From the NCBI GenBank assembly GCA_964370935.1, contig CAYJKI010000010.1, positions 70,796 to 134,795 on the forward strand: a stretch of 64,000 bases of DNA, in the 5' to 3' direction. This DNA comes from an uncultured Ignavibacteria bacterium (lineage in GTDB: Bacteria > Zixibacteria > MSB-5A5 > CAIYYT01). Below are positions 50,028-59,668 of this stretch, one piece after another (the stretch's first letter is position 1; each line of letters begins with the position of its first letter). The notes beneath the pieces were generated by a model. That model saw only the letters and a program-made list of their open reading frames with translations. It did not search any database and was not told the origin of the DNA. A program made the translations under genes and the position numbers.

Positions 50028-51808
50028 GCCGTTATTCCTTGTAAGGATGTCTCTTGAGGCAGCTGCTCGTTGATCAGCGACGCCGGGAGTCGGATCACGA
50101 AATGTGCGCCACGCTCTGCCTGCGGAACGACCGACAGTTCACCGCCATGGTCAGCAATGATCTTGTGACTAATCGCCAGCCCAAGTCCAGTTCCACTTGA
50201 TTTGCCATGCGTAGTAAAAGGCTTGAAGATGTCTGCCACGATTTGTTCTGGAATTCCCGGTCCATCGTCCTGCACGTTGATAAAGAACCCGGCAGAGTTT
50301 GTCTCTACCTTAACGGACACATTGTTTCCGGGCGCCAGAGCTTCGAAAGCGTTGTTCAGCAAATTGTCAATGACGCGCCGAAACTTGTGAGGGTCAATAG
50401 AGGCGCCGAATTCTGCATGATCGGCGAGAGCCAGTCCGATGCGTTGTTTTTCGAAGCGCTCGCGATGAAATTCGACCTGTTGGCGAATTGTCTGCATGAA
50501 CCGAACGGTCTCGAGGTTGAGCGACTTGTTGCCGTGAGCGTAATCAAGAAGATCCTGCGTCATGTTGACCATGCGTTGTACCTGGCCCTTGATACCAAGG
50601 CAGTAGCTTTCGCGCTTGGCTTCGCCGCCGAGTCCGTGAATGATGGCCTCGACCGACAAGGCAATCGCGGTCATCGGGCTCTTGAAATCGTGAATGATGC
50701 CTGCTGCCAGTTGACCGATTGTCGCCAGTCGTTCGGCATTGATCCGCTCTACTTGCACGCGCGCGATTGTCTCACGGTTGGTGATCAGGGTCTGGCGCAT
50801 ATTGTCAAAGCATGAAGCCAGATAACCCAATTCGTCGTTATTGAGCGGTTGAATCGGACTTTCAAGTTGTCCGGAGGAAATCTTGCCGGCCGCTTCGACA
50901 AGTCGCTCGACAGCAGCCGTCAGCTTGGTTGCGGTAAACCGGTAGATGAGCAACAGTGATACTATCGAGGCGGAGACTGTCAAGAGAATCAAGTAGAGAG
51001 AGATGTTGGCGATAGCAGGCTCCAACTGGGCATCGAGAGAGCGCACCAAGATCATTGACAGGCCGGGCGTTCCACCGAGACGATAGTCGCGCAAGAGGTG
51101 ATCCTCTCCGCCGATGCTGATTGTGTACACTGCGCTGGCGCTGCTATTGGTGCTTGATCGCAGAAAGTCCGAGATTTCCGGCGATTTCTGCAAGGTTGGA
51201 TCGGTCGCTGAAATGATTTCATCATTGGCCAGAAGCAGAATATCGCTTCCGGTAAGAATCTTCAGCCGGCGCAGCAGTTCCAGATTAATCTGATAACCGA
51301 CCAGCAATTTTCCCACCTGATACTGTTGTCCGAAACTAAGCGGTGTGGTCAAAGTCTGGTACACGTTGCTGCCCAAATAGCGATACTGCTCCTTATGAGC
51401 GTGTTCATACTTGTTGGCGTTCAGGGCGAGTTCATCGTGCCGCAAGATCGAAACTGCATTGTCTTCGGCAAAGACGCGTCCGGCAGTGTCGGCAATGACA
51501 AAGATGTCAGCCTGCACCAAACTGCGAAAATTGGCAACTTCATGTTGGGCGGTAGTCGGATCACCCTCGGCAATTGCCGCCATGAAGCGCGGATCGGAGA
51601 GCATGATATCGATTCCAGATTTGAGCAGCTCGAATCGGCTCTGCAGGTAGTTGTCAAGCACCAGCTGGGCGGTTTCGATTTCCTGCGAAAAGTGGTATGT
51701 ATACTGCTGCTTGATGACATTGCGGACAATTAGAAACACCAAGATCGCACCGACAACGATGATGCCGGTCACATAGTATTGAAATTTCCTGCCGATTGAA
51801 ATCCGCAT
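50024..51808 (-). CDS. Sensor histidine kinase with an about 260 aa periplasmic (Cache-like) domain, no cognate regulator nearby
   Basis: TM1. Periplasmic region. TM2. HAMP-like. H-box HDFKSPMTAI. N-box IDNLLNNAFEA. G-boxes DDGPGI and GTGLGLAI. Internal Met (51808) chosen just before TM1. Confidence 0.8.
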   Translation of the reverse strand: MRISIGRKFQYYVTGIIVVGAILVFLIVRNVIKQQYTYHFSQEIETAQLVLDNYLQSRFELLKSGIDIMLSDPRFMAAIAEGDPTTAQHEVANFRSLVQADIFVIADTAGRVFAEDNAVSILRHDELALNANKYEHAHKEQYRYLGSNVYQTLTTPLSFGQQYQVGKLLVGYQINLELLRRLKILTGSDILLLANDEIISATDPTLQKSPEISDFLRSSTNSSASAVYTISIGGEDHLLRDYRLGGTPGLSMILVRSLDAQLEPAIANISLYLILLTVSASIVSLLLIYRFTATKLTAAVERLVEAAGKISSGQLESPIQPLNNDELGYLASCFDNMRQTLITNRETIARVQVERINAERLATIGQLAAGIIHDFKSPMTAIALSVEAIIHGLGGEAKRESYCLGIKGQVQRMVNMTQDLLDYAHGNKSLNLETVRFMQTIRQQVEFHRERFEKQRIGLALADHAEFGASIDPHKFRRVIDNLLNNAFEALAPGNNVSVKVETNSAGFFINVQDDGPGIPEQIVADIFKPFTTHGKSSGTGLGLAISHKIIADHGGELSVVPQAERGAHFVIRLPASLINEQLPQETSLQGITA

Positions 51809-51810
51809 CG

Positions 51811-52458
51811 TTACTTCACATTCACGACGATCGAGTCCGCGGCCGGAACCGTTATTGGTAGCTCCGATTCCGGCGCTTGTTCCTGCCAAATCTTCAGCGT
51901 GTATTCACCCGCCGGAACGTTGGGTATACGAAACCTGCCGTCAGCGGTGACTGACGCAAAGTAGGGTTGATCGAGTACGAGAATATGGGCGCGCATCGAC
52001 GAATGAATCTCGCAGAAGACTTTTACCAGGCCGGGCGTGTCGAAAGTCACGGCCTTAGAGTGGCCCTTTGGATAGCGTCCCAGATCGAATTTTTTCGCTT
52101 TGGAATATGAGAAGACATTGTGAAACACCGGGTCGAGATTCGGAAAATCCACGGTCGTTCCGACCAAAACCGGGAGAACCTCCGGCTCGAAGGATTGACC
52201 TTTCTGCACCATCTGCGGATGTTCCTGCGGAGGTGTTGCGGTAGCCTTTGGTCCACCGATCAAGTAGACCACCGCTGCCGTTCCGTCCCCGTCACCATTC
52301 TTGCTAGCCTTATCCACGGCATCGCGTCCGGTATAACGATTGACGGGCGTGTTTGGCTGCCGAAAAGTGGTCAATGTAATCTGTCCGACAACCGTACCGG
52401 CCGATACGGGATTGTCCAAGGCGGTTATCAGAAGAATCGCGATGAAACATTTTAGCAT
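51811..52458 (-). CDS. Secreted cupredoxin-like (type-1 copper) domain protein
   Basis: Signal peptide. Ligand pattern PVFHNVF (upstream His) and VKVFCEIHSSMRAHI (C-x2-H-x2-M), as in plastocyanin/amicyanin. N-terminal carboxypeptidase-regulatory-like beta segment. Confidence 0.5.
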   Translation of the reverse strand: MLKCFIAILLITALDNPVSAGTVVGQITLTTFRQPNTPVNRYTGRDAVDKASKNGDGDGTAAVVYLIGGPKATATPPQEHPQMVQKGQSFEPEVLPVLVGTTVDFPNLDPVFHNVFSYSKAKKFDLGRYPKGHSKAVTFDTPGLVKVFCEIHSSMRAHILVLDQPYFASVTADGRFRIPNVPAGEYTLKIWQEQAPESELPITVPAADSIVVNVK

Positions 52459-52687
52459 TGGTCGTCCTCTATATTTGTTGTCGGAAGAGCGGTAAGTTTA
52501 TTGACTATATAGGTCCAATTTAGCGTGTTGATTGCGCTTCGGCTGTTACAAAGTCAGTTGCCGGCCGGGACGTCAGTTGTTTCACTTTGAGCCGAGGAGA
52601 ATTCTCCCAAATTGCAGGCGGGCAGGTAGTGTTTGCAAATCCGTTATTAACCGATTAGTCTACAACGGGGCAAAGGTAAGTCATAAG

Positions 52688-54610
52688 ATGTGCGGAATCT
52701 GCGGCGTATATAATTTTCATAGTAGCAGCGCGATCGAAGTGGAAGTCCTTGAGCGCATGAGTAATCGCTTGGCGCATCGCGGTCCAGACGATGCCGGCAA
52801 CTATGTATCTCCTGATCGCAAGCTGGGTCTGGCCCATCGCCGACTTTCGATTATCGATCTCACCTCGTCCGGTCATCAGCCGATGGCCGACCCTTCGGGG
52901 ACACTGCAGATCGTTTTTAATGGTGAAATCTATAATCACCTGGACTTGCGCCGCGCCCTTGAACAGAAGGGATACTCCTACCGATCGCACTCTGATACGG
53001 AGACTGTGCTTCATATCTTTCGCGAGTACGGGATTGAAGCGCTTAAGCAATTGCGGGGAATGTTCGCCCTGGCAATTTGGGATGAAAATCGTCGCGAGTT
53101 GACCTTGGCGCGCGACCGTATCGGTATTAAACCGCTCTACTATACTATTCAAAATGGCATACTGATTTTCGCTTCGGAAATCAAAGCTATCCTCGCGCAC
53201 CCGCTCGTGTCACCAGCACTCGATCCCGAGGCACTGTATCACTACTTGACCTTAGCGGCTGCTCCGGCGCCGCTGACAATGTTTGCCGGAATCAAGAAGT
53301 TGCCGGCAGGTTATTGGATGCGCATCGACGGCAATGGCAAGGTCACCTATACCCGTTGGTGGGATGCGATTCGCAATCAGCCAACACTCGATGGCGATGA
53401 GACAACTATTGCCCAAGGGATACTCACTCACCTTCGCGATGCCGTGAAATCGCACATGATTTCCGATGTGCCATTTGGAGTGTTCCTGTCGGGTGGAATC
53501 GATTCGACGACGAATGTTGCACTGATGTCGGAGCTGATGGACCGGCCGGTTCAGTCCTTCTCCGTCAGTGTCGCCGGGCAGGATCAGTTTAACGAATTCG
53601 AATATGCGCGTAGCATGGCCAAGCACTTTCATTGCGACCATCATGAGGTTGAGATCAACGACAAGCACTTTATCACTATGTTCGAACAACTTGCCTACTT
53701 GCAGGATGAGCCGTTAGCAGATCCAGTTTGCGTGCCACTCTATTATGTTTCACAATTGGCGCGCCAACACGGAGTGCCGGTCATTCAGGTAGGCGAAGGC
53801 GCTGATGAGCTGTTCTGCGGTTATCCGAAATTCCTGCTCGCCTTGCAACTAATCGGCAAATGGGAGAAACTGCAGGCTGTGCCAAAGTCGCTTTGGCGAG
53901 CAAGTTATCGCATGGCTGGACGAATGTTGGAGTCGACTGGCCGGTATCTCGAGAGGGAGCATTTGCGACGGTTGGGCGGACAGGAAGAGCTTTTCTGGGG
54001 AGGTGCCATCGCGTTTCTTGAGTATGAAAAAGAGAGGTTGCTCTCTCCAGCGATGCGTGAACGGTGCCGCAACTTCCACACTTCGGATCAAATCCAGAAC
54101 CTGTACGAGACATTCGATGGTGAAGGCGACTACTTCGCGCGGATGACTTACCTGGAGCTAAAACAACGTCTGCCGGAACTTCTGTTAATGAGAGTTGATA
54201 AGATGGCGATGGCGCACTCGATCGAGACCCGGGTACCGTTTCTGGACCACCTTCTGGTCGAGTATGTACTGCGCATACCGTCAGCGATGCACTACAAGGA
54301 CAACACTCTGAAGTATCTCTTGAAAAAAGCCGTGACAGGCATCGTTCCGGATGAGATATTGAATCGTCCCAAGGTGGGATTCTGCGGATCGGCAAAGAAC
54401 ATGGTTTCGCCGCGGGTTGATGCGTTCGCGTATGATCTGCTAACGTCGCAATCTGATTTCCTTGGCGAAATTGTCAACCGCAACTACGTCGAAAGAGTCT
54501 TTGCCCGCCACCACTGCGGCGAAAACCAGGGCATGCGAATTTGGAATCTGCTCAATTTAGCGCTGTGGTACCGCCAGTGGATAGCCAAACCGGCGCTTGC
54601 CGAGATTTAG
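52688..54610 (+). CDS. asnB: Asparagine synthase (glutamine-hydrolysing)
   Basis: N-terminal nucleophile MCGICG. Ntn-amidotransferase domain. PP-loop SGGIDS in the synthetase domain. ATG at 52688 chosen because the Cys must be residue 2. Confidence 0.85.
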   Translation: MCGICGVYNFHSSSAIEVEVLERMSNRLAHRGPDDAGNYVSPDRKLGLAHRRLSIIDLTSSGHQPMADPSGTLQIVFNGEIYNHLDLRRALEQKGYSYRSHSDTETVLHIFREYGIEALKQLRGMFALAIWDENRRELTLARDRIGIKPLYYTIQNGILIFASEIKAILAHPLVSPALDPEALYHYLTLAAAPAPLTMFAGIKKLPAGYWMRIDGNGKVTYTRWWDAIRNQPTLDGDETTIAQGILTHLRDAVKSHMISDVPFGVFLSGGIDSTTNVALMSELMDRPVQSFSVSVAGQDQFNEFEYARSMAKHFHCDHHEVEINDKHFITMFEQLAYLQDEPLADPVCVPLYYVSQLARQHGVPVIQVGEGADELFCGYPKFLLALQLIGKWEKLQAVPKSLWRASYRMAGRMLESTGRYLEREHLRRLGGQEELFWGGAIAFLEYEKERLLSPAMRERCRNFHTSDQIQNLYETFDGEGDYFARMTYLELKQRLPELLLMRVDKMAMAHSIETRVPFLDHLLVEYVLRIPSAMHYKDNTLKYLLKKAVTGIVPDEILNRPKVGFCGSAKNMVSPRVDAFAYDLLTSQSDFLGEIVNRNYVERVFARHHCGENQGMRIWNLLNLALWYRQWIAKPALAEI

Positions 54611-54659
54611 ACGAAACCGAATTGGCTCGACTTGGTTGCATTAGCTTAGGAGAAGCTCA

Positions 54660-56864
54660 GTGGATCACATTTACCTCGACTATAACGCCACAACTCCGAT
54701 TCATCCTGAAGTTGCCGAGGTGATGATTCCGTTCTTGCGCGGTCATTTCGGTAACCCCTCGAGTGCGCATTGGTTCGGTGTTCAAACGCGAAAAGCCGTA
54801 GAAACGGCGCGAGCGCAAGTGGCAGTGCTGCTGGGATGCGAGACAGACGAGATTATTTTTACTTCCGGCGGCAGCGAGTCCGACAACTTTGCCGTTGCTG
54901 GTTACGCTCTGAAGAACCGTTCGCGCGGCAACCACATTATAACTTCGCAGATCGAGCATCCGGCGGTTTTAGAGATATGTCGTTATCTGGAGGGACAAGG
55001 TTTCGAAGTCACTTATCTCCCGGTTGATTCCTTTGGTATGGTGAATGCCGATGAAGTCCGTCGCGCTATCAGGCCGACAACTGTTTTGTTGTCGATCATG
55101 CAGGCAAACAATGAAGTGGGCACAATCCAGCCGATCAAAGCTATTGCAGCTATTTGTCACGAGCACAATATCGCTGTCCATACGGATGCGGCGCAGGCGG
55201 TAGGCAAGATTCCGGTCACGGTCGAAGCTACCGGCGCGGATATGATCACCATTGCCGGGCACAAGCTCTATGCACCGAAGGGAGTTGGTGCACTTTATGT
55301 TCGACGCGGAATCGAACTGCAAAAGATGATCTATGGCGCTGCACATGAGCAGAATCTTCGGGCAGGCACAGAAAATGTTCTCGAAATCGTCGGGCTTGGC
55401 AAAGCCTGCGAAGTGGTATCTCGCGAACTCCCAAGACAAGCGCCACTCATGCGAGAGCTGCGCGACCGGCTTGAATCAGAACTGACTGAGCGACTGCCGC
55501 AATGCCGGGTCAATGGAGACCGCGAGTTGCGTCTGCCGAATACGCTGTCGGTATCTTTTCCGGGCATCGAAGCCAATACAATCATCTCGGAGTTGGAGCA
55601 GGTTGCCTGTTCACCTGGTGCGGCCTGTCATTCCGACAAGGTGATGATGTCGCATGTCCTTGAAGCCATGCATGTACCGGTCGAGTATGCGATGGGGACG
55701 ATACGGTTTTCAACCGGATACATGACGACTGAATCAGAGATTGAATCCGCTGTTGAAGCTATCGAAGCGGCGATCAATCGGCTCGCACCCTCGGGCACTG
55801 CAACAATTGAAGTAATGGGCGACGGCGAGGAAATTCGGCTCACGAAGTACACTCACGGCCTTGGCTGCGCCTGCAAGCTGCGTCCGCAAGCTCTTGAGAA
55901 GATTCTCGCGCAATTGCCGCGTCCGAACGATGCGAATGTGCTGGTTGGAGCCGAATCTTCGGATGATGCCGCTGTCTATCGTTTAAGCGATGAGATCGCT
56001 GTTGTGCAAACCGTCGACTTCTTCACACCGATTGTTGATGATCCCTACCACTTCGGCGCAATTGCTGCGACGAATTCTCTTAGCGACATTTATGCCATGG
56101 GCGGCAAACCGCTGTTCGGTTTGAGTATTGTCGGGTTTCCTTCCAATCGACTGCCGATGTCAGTCTTACAGCGCATACTTCAGGGTGCAGCCGACAAAGC
56201 CAGTGAAGCCGGAATCAGTATTATTGGCGGTCACACGATTGATGATACCGAACCCAAGTACGGCCTTGCCGTCACCGGTGTGGTGCATCCTGCGAAGATT
56301 CGTGCCAATAACACTGCGCGCGTCGGCGACAAGCTGATCCTGACCAAGCCGATTGGCACAGGAATCATCTCGACAGCAATCAAACGTCAGTTAGCAGACG
56401 ACAAGTTGCGCGATTTGGTAATCAAGATCATGAGCACGCTTAATGCGGCGGCGGCGGATGTCATGTCTCGCTACGACGTTTCCGCATGCACGGATGTCAC
56501 CGGCTTCGGACTACTGGGGCATTTAAAAGAGATGACAGTGGGAAGCGGAGTCACCGCGCGAGTTGATGCTAACCAAGTTCCGATCATTAATGAGGCGATC
56601 GCCCTCGCGTCGGCCGGCGTTGTGCCGGGTGGGACAGAGAATAACCTGGACTATGTGTCGCCATTTGTAACTTGGGGCGATAGTGTATCCAAAGTCATGC
56701 GAATCGTGCTCGCCGATGCGCAGACATCGGGTGGTCTACTAATGGCGGTCAAGCCCGATCAAGCGGAAGCAATGATTCGAGAGCTGATTCAAAAGGGTGT
56801 GGGAGACGCAAAGATTGTTGGCGAGATTACGGGCAAGGGTGATGGTAAGATTACCGTCAGATAA
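54660..56864 (+). CDS. selD: Bifunctional fusion of a NifS/IscS-like cysteine desulfurase (class V aminotransferase) with selenide, water dikinase (SelD)
   Basis: N-terminal about 380 aa with NATTP, SGGSESDN and the PLP-Lys in AGHKLYAPKGVG. C-terminal about 345 aa with the SelD glycine-rich loop HGLGCACK (Cys, not Sec, at the catalytic position) and the AIR-synthase-like PurM fold. Confidence 0.8.
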   Translation: MDHIYLDYNATTPIHPEVAEVMIPFLRGHFGNPSSAHWFGVQTRKAVETARAQVAVLLGCETDEIIFTSGGSESDNFAVAGYALKNRSRGNHIITSQIEHPAVLEICRYLEGQGFEVTYLPVDSFGMVNADEVRRAIRPTTVLLSIMQANNEVGTIQPIKAIAAICHEHNIAVHTDAAQAVGKIPVTVEATGADMITIAGHKLYAPKGVGALYVRRGIELQKMIYGAAHEQNLRAGTENVLEIVGLGKACEVVSRELPRQAPLMRELRDRLESELTERLPQCRVNGDRELRLPNTLSVSFPGIEANTIISELEQVACSPGAACHSDKVMMSHVLEAMHVPVEYAMGTIRFSTGYMTTESEIESAVEAIEAAINRLAPSGTATIEVMGDGEEIRLTKYTHGLGCACKLRPQALEKILAQLPRPNDANVLVGAESSDDAAVYRLSDEIAVVQTVDFFTPIVDDPYHFGAIAATNSLSDIYAMGGKPLFGLSIVGFPSNRLPMSVLQRILQGAADKASEAGISIIGGHTIDDTEPKYGLAVTGVVHPAKIRANNTARVGDKLILTKPIGTGIISTAIKRQLADDKLRDLVIKIMSTLNAAAADVMSRYDVSACTDVTGFGLLGHLKEMTVGSGVTARVDANQVPIINEAIALASAGVVPGGTENNLDYVSPFVTWGDSVSKVMRIVLADAQTSGGLLMAVKPDQAEAMIRELIQKGVGDAKIVGEITGKGDGKITVR

Positions 56865-56870
56865 GGTAAC

Positions 56871-57962
56871 TTAGCCTGCCTTGCGGCGATGCTTGAGGAA
56901 ATCCCAAAAGACGTAGTCGCCCAGATTCTGCGCCGACGCAAAATAGGCGCGACCGTGATTCAATTCCGTTAGCTTCTGCACAAATTGCTGCAAATAGGGG
57001 TCTTCGGCGATCATGAAGGTAGTAATCGGAATCTTCTTCTTGCGGCAAATGATCGCCTCGTCCAGTGTACGATTTACAACCACAGGATCCAATCCGAACG
57101 GATTCTTATAGATACTGCCATCGCTGCGGTTGATCATTGAAGGCTTTCCGTCGGTAATCATGAAAATCTGTTTGTTGGCGCTCTTTCGACGAAGCAGAAT
57201 TTGCCGCGCCAGTTGAAGGCCAGCCTTAGTATTGGTGTGATAGGGGCCGACGCCGACATAAGGCAAGTCCTTGATCTTTATCTCCTGCGCAAAATCACCG
57301 AATAGCACAATGCTTAGCGTATCTTTCGGGAAACGCGTTAATATCATCTCGGTAAAAGCCATCGCCACCTGTTTAGCGGGGGTGATTCGGTCCTCGCCGT
57401 AAAGTATCATCGAGTGTGAAATGTCGATTAGCATTACAGTCGAACAATTGGTGGCCTGTTCGGTTTCGTAGACTTCTAGATCTTCCTCTTCCATGTTGAG
57501 GCCAAGATCTGCCGTACGAGAGATGTTATTGAGCAGTGAATTGCGGAAATCAATATTGCGCAAATTGTCGCCATAGGAATATTTCTTCCGCTCGGGGAGA
57601 ATCTCTTCCGAGTTACCACCCTCTTTTGGAATCGGGTGGCGGCCGCCGGTCGAGGACTTGAGTTGCTCAAAGATTTTGTCGAATGAATCCTTACGCAAAC
57701 TGCGCTCGCCCTTGCGAGTTAGATTCGTTCCGCTCGGACTCACGGAGACGATCTGATTATCTTCGAGATTCCGCTTGAACTCTTCCAAGTCGGCATCTTT
57801 GGGCAGATAGCCCATCCGCTTGAGCTGCTCCATAATTTGAAGCGCCTTTTTAACGTTGCCGTTGACCTGCAAGAGGAGATAGTTGAAGATCGACATCAAA
57901 TCGCGCATTTGGCGCAATTGGTCGATCATCGAATCATCCCACTGGGAATAAATGAATCGCAC
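56871..57962 (-). CDS. von Willebrand factor type A (vWA) domain protein (CoxE/ChlD-like partner)
   Basis: MIDAS DxSxS (LIDISHSM) plus downstream T and D residues. 363 aa. 3 nt downstream of the AAA+ gene. Confidence 0.75.
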   Translation of the reverse strand: MRFIYSQWDDSMIDQLRQMRDLMSIFNYLLLQVNGNVKKALQIMEQLKRMGYLPKDADLEEFKRNLEDNQIVSVSPSGTNLTRKGERSLRKDSFDKIFEQLKSSTGGRHPIPKEGGNSEEILPERKKYSYGDNLRNIDFRNSLLNNISRTADLGLNMEEEDLEVYETEQATNCSTVMLIDISHSMILYGEDRITPAKQVAMAFTEMILTRFPKDTLSIVLFGDFAQEIKIKDLPYVGVGPYHTNTKAGLQLARQILLRRKSANKQIFMITDGKPSMINRSDGSIYKNPFGLDPVVVNRTLDEAIICRKKKIPITTFMIAEDPYLQQFVQKLTELNHGRAYFASAQNLGDYVFWDFLKHRRKAG

Positions 57963-57964
57963 TA

Positions 57965-59449
57965 TTAGTCCTTCAGCATGTTCTCAAGCATGTCCACGTA
58001 GACGAACTTGTTGTCCGGTGATTCCTTGGCAATCAAATTATGACGATGTAACCCTTCGAGGATTAACTCCATCGCAAGAATAACACCGCGCTCATCTTCA
58101 GTGGCATAGTGTTTTTTGGCGATTTCCTTTAATCCGGCAATCTGCAGGAGCGCCTGCTTATATTCCTTGTACGGAAGTTCATCAGACAGTTCCAATCGCT
58201 TCCCGGTTGAGAAGAAATCGGTTACTGCTTCGTATACATTCTCCTGCGGGCGCTGGTCGGCTCCTGTCTTGACCTTGCGCGGTTGCGGGAAGTGCTGGTT
58301 GAAGACTTTCTTGGTTGCTTCGCCGATCAAGTTGATGGCGACAATATTCGGTCCTTCCAACTCGCCTTCATAGACCAGCTCGACCTTGCCGACTATCGAA
58401 GCAATGACGGAATAGAGATCGCACACGCGGGGAAAGAAGTCTTTCTCGTTATTCAATGCGGCACGACGTTCAATGTTGGAGATCAGGTTTTCGTATGCTG
58501 AAATCGTAAGCCGTGCAGAGACACCGGAAGTCTGATCAACGTGCTCGCTCTTGCGAGCCTCGAACGAAATCTGTTCGATGATATCGTGAATCAGTTCTGG
58601 CACTTCGACCTTATTGGAGCGATCATGCCAAGCCTCTTGTAGTGTAATCTTCTTGGAAGTCTCAGCATCATTTGGATAGTGCGTATTGATCTGCGAGGCA
58701 ATGCGATCTTTCAGCGGCGTAATGATATTGCCGCGATTAGTGTAATCTTCCGGATTGGCCGTGAACGCCAACATCATGTCGAGAGGCAGGCGAATGGGAA
58801 ACCCGCGAATCTGGAAATCGTTTTCTTCCAAGATATTCAATAGTGCCACTTGGATGCGCGGCTGTAAGTCGGGCAGTTCATTAATAGCAAAGATTCCGCG
58901 ATTGGTTCGCGGGATGATACCCCAGTTGATCACGTTTTCGTCCGAAAGGTCAAGTCGCTCCTTGACTGCCTTGATGGGATCCAGATCGCCGATTAAGTCA
59001 GCGACCGAAACATCAGGAGTCGCGAGCTTCTCATGGTATCGATCGGCACGGGGAAGCCAGGCGATTTCCAGATCGTCTCCGGCTTGTGCAGCCAGTTCTT
59101 TCGATGCTTTGGTAATTGGATTCAGTGGATCTTCATTAAGGGCACTGCCTTTGATCGTTGGAACGAACTCATCGAGAAAGTTCACAAGTTGGCGAAGAAT
59201 GCGCGTCTTTGCTTGACCACGCAATCCCAGCAAAAGGATGTCGTGCTTAGAGAGAATCGCATTCTCGAGCTGCGGCAATACTGTGCGGTCGTAACCGATA
59301 ATGCCGGGCCAGCGTTTGCGCCCGCAGCGGATCTGTTCGAGAAGGTTCTCGCGTAATTCGTCCTTGGTGCTGCGCGATATGTATCCGGAAGCCTTGAGCG
59401 CGCCTAATGTCTTTGGTAACTGCATATTTCCTTTCCTACTGGCGAACAT
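57965..59449 (-). CDS. AAA+ ATPase, ChlI/MoxR-like (Mg-chelatase family)
   Basis: Walker A-like LLGLRGQAKT, Walker B region and ChlI-like insert. 494 aa. Paired with the vWA protein. Confidence 0.65.
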   Translation of the reverse strand: MFASRKGNMQLPKTLGALKASGYISRSTKDELRENLLEQIRCGRKRWPGIIGYDRTVLPQLENAILSKHDILLLGLRGQAKTRILRQLVNFLDEFVPTIKGSALNEDPLNPITKASKELAAQAGDDLEIAWLPRADRYHEKLATPDVSVADLIGDLDPIKAVKERLDLSDENVINWGIIPRTNRGIFAINELPDLQPRIQVALLNILEENDFQIRGFPIRLPLDMMLAFTANPEDYTNRGNIITPLKDRIASQINTHYPNDAETSKKITLQEAWHDRSNKVEVPELIHDIIEQISFEARKSEHVDQTSGVSARLTISAYENLISNIERRAALNNEKDFFPRVCDLYSVIASIVGKVELVYEGELEGPNIVAINLIGEATKKVFNQHFPQPRKVKTGADQRPQENVYEAVTDFFSTGKRLELSDELPYKEYKQALLQIAGLKEIAKKHYATEDERGVILAMELILEGLHRHNLIAKESPDNKFVYVDMLENMLKD

Positions 59450-59668
59450 TCATTAGAGATAATACGCAAAACTTCGCTCTTCATATTAAGTATAGACCGA
59501 CTTAGGCTATTTAATTTTCTGGTACACAACTGATTCGGTCGAATTTAACGTGTTTGGCGGCAAGGAACGACTTGGCGGCGGCATCTTCTTGCATTATCTT
59601 ACAAACAACGAAGTTTGTTCGTACCTTGAAGGTAATGATTATGATTCTGCGGTCGATAAAGACAGGGA

